Assembly: GCA_964444075.1 (NCBI GenBank)
Contig: CAYUFF010000002.1
Location: forward strand, 1-45,684
Length of the DNA: 45,684 nt
Direction: 5' to 3'
DNA from: an uncultured archaeon
GTDB lineage: Archaea > Aenigmatarchaeota > Aenigmatarchaeia > CG10238-14 > SCSR01
Of this stretch, positions 42,518 through 45,684 are shown in pieces; the first letter of the stretch is position 1; each line of letters opens with the position of its first letter. The position numbers and the translations under genes are program-made. The notes under the pieces are model-generated. The model saw nothing but the letters and a program-made list of their open reading frames with translations. It was not told the DNA's origin and ran no database searches.

Positions 42518-44242
42518 ATGGAGCAGAAAGAAATCGTGATAGAGATTAAGCAGCCCATGCTTTTACTAACCTTTTCCATCCTGCTATTTTTGTTACTAAC
42601 CGAGATAAACAGCAACCTTCATACTCCGATAGTCTTCGGTGACTCCGGATTCCACACGAGGATGGTTGAGTGGATGGTTACCAAGTTCGAATACCCTGTC
42701 TACGTTCCCTTCGAGGGCACCGAGGCCACGAAGAAGAACTTCGCGAGGCCTCCCCTCTATCACTTTTTGGAGAGTGGCATGCTACTTCCTTTCGGTTTTA
42801 ACGAGCTTCTCGTAAAAGCCTTCAACCCATTCCTAACTTTCTTGCTCGGACTTTCGTCCTTTTTGCTTGTCAGGAGAGTCTACGGGGAGAAGGAGGCTTT
42901 CCTCGCCGCGATAGCGGTGGTCACGATTCCGGCTATAGTCACTTACTCGGTAACTTACTACACCGACATAACCTGGACGCTGATGACCTCGCTATTCTTC
43001 CTCTACTTCCTGCTTTACACGGTGGAGAAGAGAAGAAGATACTTGCTTCTCTCCGGAATCTTCGGCGGGCTTAGCGTGCTTTCGAAAATACCATCGCTCG
43101 CGATTTACTTCTTCGTCCTGTTTTTCTTCGTCTACGAGGTTCTCGTTAGAAGGGTATCCTTTTCCAAGTTCGTACAAACTTACTGGCTCTGGATACTGCC
43201 CTTAATCCTAATTCCCCTGCCTTGGGTAGCGAGAAACTACTACTATTACCACCATCCGTTCTGCTACGGCCTCGGCCCGATAAATAAATTCTTGCCGTTG
43301 GAAGGTTGCAGGATATCTACCTTCGAGGAAAAGTACGAGTTTTCAGGAAGGACCGTAAAGGAAGGTACGGAAAAGACCGTTTTCGAGCTCGGGTTAGTCG
43401 AGTACATGGATTTTGCCTACGGAAATTTGATTTTCGTTCCCTTCGGAATCTTCGGTGGACTGGTAGCAGTCTATTTTAGGAGGAGGGAAGCGGACAGGCT
43501 GGTTGTTTTGATGCTCCTCACGATGCTCGTGCTGATGGCGTTCGTGCCTAGCAACGTTTTCGGTAGGGCCGAAAACGCTCCGAGGTACACTCTAGCCTGG
43601 TCCCTTCCTTTGGTATTGCTCGCCGCAATCTACTTTTCCGAGGTCTGGAAGTACTTAGACTCTTTTAAGAAAAACCTGGGGCTCTTGATATTGATCCTCG
43701 CGGTCTTCGTTTGCCTGTGGAATCCTTTCATGTACTTCTCAAGGGCACACACCCCTAACTTCCTGAACAAGCTGCAAATCATGGAAGCCGTAAAGAGGTT
43801 TTCGCCGTCTTTCTTCGAGGCCTGCGACTGGGTTAAGGAAAACCTTCCGCAAGACGTTAGGCTCATGACTATCTGGGCTCACAGAGCAGCGTACAACTGC
43901 AAGAGGAACGTTACCGGAAACACCGCTGACATAGTGCTGAGTAAGAACGCTACTTACGTGCTACAAGTAGCGAAGAAGCTCGGGATAACACACCTGTTCA
44001 TCCAGAAGTTCAGCATAGACCCTAAGAACAGGCATTACCGCGAAAGGTACGACCTCGAGTTCGTCCAGTTTCTGGAAGACCATCCCAAACACTTCGTGAA
44101 GGTTTACGAGAACGGCCCCGGCTTCAACCTAACTAACAACGACGTTTCGGCGTGGGTGAACTATTGCGTGCGAAGCTTTGGAACGATTTGCGACGGAAAC
44201 GTGATCTACGAGCTCAACTTTTCGGCGATAGAAAGAGGTTGA
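42518..44242 (+). CDS. GT-C fold polytopic glycosyltransferase (ArnT/PMT_2-like); not AglB
   Basis: About 12 TM helices in the N-terminal two thirds, then a soluble C-terminal domain. There is no WWDxG motif. I chose the start at Met97 of the track ORF (42518). Confidence 0.72.
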   Translation: MEQKEIVIEIKQPMLLLTFSILLFLLLTEINSNLHTPIVFGDSGFHTRMVEWMVTKFEYPVYVPFEGTEATKKNFARPPLYHFLESGMLLPFGFNELLVKAFNPFLTFLLGLSSFLLVRRVYGEKEAFLAAIAVVTIPAIVTYSVTYYTDITWTLMTSLFFLYFLLYTVEKRRRYLLLSGIFGGLSVLSKIPSLAIYFFVLFFFVYEVLVRRVSFSKFVQTYWLWILPLILIPLPWVARNYYYYHHPFCYGLGPINKFLPLEGCRISTFEEKYEFSGRTVKEGTEKTVFELGLVEYMDFAYGNLIFVPFGIFGGLVAVYFRRREADRLVVLMLLTMLVLMAFVPSNVFGRAENAPRYTLAWSLPLVLLAAIYFSEVWKYLDSFKKNLGLLILILAVFVCLWNPFMYFSRAHTPNFLNKLQIMEAVKRFSPSFFEACDWVKENLPQDVRLMTIWAHRAAYNCKRNVTGNTADIVLSKNATYVLQVAKKLGITHLFIQKFSIDPKNRHYRERYDLEFVQFLEDHPKHFVKVYENGPGFNLTNNDVSAWVNYCVRSFGTICDGNVIYELNFSAIERG

Positions 44243-44367
44243 AGAATAGCGCCTCGTTTTAAACCTTCGTGCCCGGAAAAATTCCTCGCCCGAGCCTGAG
44301 AGGGAAGAGTATGTTGTTTTTCTGAAGGAAGTCGTAGTTCCTCGACCCGCTTTCCTGACTCGCGACG

Positions 44368-44374
44368 AAAAAAA
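44368..44374 (-). terminator. oligo-T tract downstream of the RNase P RNA
   Basis: A7 on the plus strand gives T7 on the minus strand, 10-16 nt after the predicted RNA 3' end. Oligo-T is the usual archaeal termination signal. Confidence 0.4.
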
Positions 44375-44383
44375 TTATAAGGA

Positions 44384-44707
44384 GGTGCGGGGTGCACGCC
44401 CTCGGTGGATGCAGAGCTCCAAGGCGGTTTTTCTGAACATCCTCCTCAACCCTGCTACCCCATAAGCGTCGGGTACCCAACTTAGGGCTGCTCCTTCGGG
44501 CGGTACGATTTTTCTTCCACCTTCCCTCACCGTCTCCCGGGCCTGACCCGGTTCGTTGGGCACCCGAACCCTATGGGACAGAGCGTCATCGTGGGACGCC
44601 CAGGCCGTCCTTGTAACTCCGCACCGCCCTCGGGCTGCGGTCGCCCCGTGAGCCAGGTTTGGGCTTACAGGGAACTGGCAGCTCCCCGACCGTTGGCACC
44701 CCGCACC
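44384..44707 (-). ncRNA. rnpB: RNase P RNA (archaeal type A-like)
   Basis: A 12-bp terminal helix GGUGCGGGGUGC/GCACCCCGCACC encloses about 324 nt of GC-rich sequence with no credible ORF. P4-like long-range pairing CAAGG-A-CGG (44613-44605) with CCGCCUUG (44427-44420). Strings resembling conserved M1-RNA regions: UCAGAAAAACCGCCUUGG (CR-V-like), GGGUAGCAGGGUUGAGG (P15 region), GGUGAGGGAAGGUGGAAGA and CCCGAAGGAGCAGCCCUAAG (J11/12-like), CCCAUAGGG..GGGUGCC. A TATA-like GATAAAGTTAAG lies at -35 to -25. Confidence 0.75.
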
Positions 44708-44755
44708 GTTAAAATTTTAGGACCGAGAAAACTTAACTTTATCGTCGCGTCCGCG

Positions 44756-45684
44756 TCAAAAGACGCCCTCCTCCGAGAGCCTCTTGATTTCTTCCTTAAA
44801 CTTTTCCTTGTGGAGCCTCTTCTCCTCTTCGAGCTTCTCAGAATCTTCCAAAGCCTTTTCCGCACGCCTTATCATTTCCTTGACCTTTTCCACTTCCATC
44901 GGCTCGTAACCGCAGAGTAACAGGATCACCACACTCTCGTCTTCACCCATTTTAGGTTTGTAATCGCCGACGTTCACCCACGGCGTGGAAGTTCTCCTCT
45001 CTACGGCGGCCAGGACCGATTCGTAAGCAGACTTCGGTATTTTATCGCCCACCATCAAACCCAAAACTTTTTCGGCTTTCTCAGGCCTACAGTCGCAGCT
45101 TAGGTTGCTGAAAGCCTCCTGGACGCAACTCTTCCATACTTCGTCGAGCTCGTAATGCTCGACCCTGCCCTTCCGTCTGAAGATTCTCGAAAGCCCTTTA
45201 CCGCTACCTCCGACCTTTTTCACGCCGAAGCCGACGACCACGTTCTTCGTCAGGGCGTTCTCTATGTCGGCGGTGTCCAACGCTCTCAACCCCACCTGCG
45301 AGGAGGGCTTGCTTTCTCCGTACGAGAAAAGCTCTACGAGCGGCCTTATAACCCTTTTATCCGCCTTCTCGAAGGCTCTCAGACAATCCTCGTCCTGGGA
45401 CGCAAACTTGGAGGGGTCTAGGAGTATTATCGCGTCGGCGTCCTCGTAGAGGGATTTGTACCCGTAGAGGGCGTTACAGTACTGTTTTTTGGGAGCCACG
45501 TCCAAGGGCAGCCCAGCGAGCACGTAGATTCTCTCGAACATACCCCTTTTCCTACACTCTTCAACGAACACGGGAGCAGCACCGGAGCCCGTCCCGCCAC
45601 CCAAACCCACGCAAACGAGGAGAACGTCCTCAGACTTGGGGAAGTACCTAGAGAGGATCGTATCCACGTGAGACTCCATCAGCA
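44756..45684 (-). CDS. FtsZ/CetZ/tubulin-superfamily GTPase, divergent; the N-terminus lies beyond the right edge
   Basis: Tubulin signature VGLGGGTGSGAAPVF, T7-like LRALDTADIENAL, and a charged helical tail (EKLEEEKRLHKEKFKEEIKRLSEEGVF). The frame stays open to position 45684. Confidence 0.85.
   Translation of the reverse strand, partial: LMESHVDTILSRYFPKSEDVLLVCVGLGGGTGSGAAPVFVEECRKRGMFERIYVLAGLPLDVAPKKQYCNALYGYKSLYEDADAIILLDPSKFASQDEDCLRAFEKADKRVIRPLVELFSYGESKPSSQVGLRALDTADIENALTKNVVVGFGVKKVGGSGKGLSRIFRRKGRVEHYELDEVWKSCVQEAFSNLSCDCRPEKAEKVLGLMVGDKIPKSAYESVLAAVERRTSTPWVNVGDYKPKMGEDESVVILLLCGYEPMEVEKVKEMIRRAEKALEDSEKLEEEKRLHKEKFKEEIKRLSEEGVF

Noticed and set aside
42230-42615. Long N-terminal extensions of the GT-C gene (track start 42230) and of the aminotransferase gene (track start 42615), which overlap each other on opposite strands.
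   Set aside because: The extensions are mutually antisense and lack family-typical sequence. Internal Met codons (42518 and 42483) give canonical N-termini (MEQKEIV... and MATVSIPIAKPLLGKEEL...) and leave a 34-bp promoter spacer.
44384-44707. SRP (7S) RNA with a roughly 38-nt insertion or intron in the helix 8 loop. In the minus-strand reading, GGUCAGGCCCGG and GAAGGAGCAGCC look like the two halves of helix 8, and CCCUGUAAGCCC looks like the Alu-domain UGUAAU turn.
   Set aside because: The rest of the molecule does not fold into a long helix 5 with helices 6 and 8. The same strings fit RNase P conserved regions instead (GGAGCAG..UAAG J11/12-like, a CAGAA..CCGCCUUGG CR-V-like 3' strand pairing with CAAGGACGG as P4, and a GGGUAG..UUGAGG P15 region). 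The candidate bulge-helix-bulge would not restore a helix 8 consensus after splicing.
44375-44920. Track ORFs 44375..44563 (-), 44573..44920 (+) and 44665..44865 (-).
   Set aside because: They lie over the structured RNase P RNA or antisense to the 3' end of the tubulin-family gene. Their Arg/Pro/Gly-rich composition is typical of GC-rich non-coding sequence.

Overview
Archaeal chromosomal segment. This is shown by aEF-1alpha, Nop5, ribosomal protein L18e, an archaeal-type ProRS, an intron-containing tRNA-Trp without an encoded CCA, an RNase P RNA, BRE/TATA-like AT boxes and GGTG-type Shine-Dalgarno sites. A BpsA/SpeE polyamine gene pair and Lys/Glu-rich proteins suggest a thermophile with euryarchaeote-like gene content. 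I cannot assign a taxon from sequence alone. Product calls come from motif recognition by eye, since no searches were possible. Coding density is high and I saw no transposase, integrase or CRISPR array.

The window has three blocks.

1. 0.4-6.3 kb and 18-30.8 kb hold housekeeping and transport genes: tuf, two CaCA exchangers, htpX, nop5, pyrH, tRNA-Trp, rpl18e, an MPG glycosylase, a membrane-anchored SNase-type nuclease next to a PhoU-like/PiT phosphate pair, bpsA/speE and proS.

2. 6.36-18.08 kb is the most interesting part. It is a 12-gene co-directional type IV filament locus of Epd/Tad-like flavour. It has a FlaI/TadA-type ATPase, two separate single-domain T2SSF platform genes, and five clear plus two possible proteins with class III (prepilin-like) signal peptides, several with Gln at the predicted +1. 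It also has large sequon-rich beta-sandwich surface proteins ending in a conserved S-x-[LM]-N + TM + basic-tail C-terminus. A satellite paralog at 3.85-5.13 kb carries a triple Cys-rich SN-x-T-NAH repeat. No prepilin peptidase or archaellum genes are in the window.

3. 30.8-44.2 kb is a glycan biosynthesis cluster. It has two GT4 enzymes, a sulfotransferase, an AglH-like GlcNAc-1-P transferase, a WbpA/B/E/D-like set for a 2,3-diacetamido-uronic acid, an EamA-type half transporter and a GT-C enzyme. It is interrupted at 34.4-36.4 kb by a small toxin-antitoxin islet with an intact PIN pair and decayed AbrB-type remnants.

The window ends with an RNase P RNA (44384-44707, minus strand) just downstream of a divergent, truncated FtsZ/tubulin-family gene.
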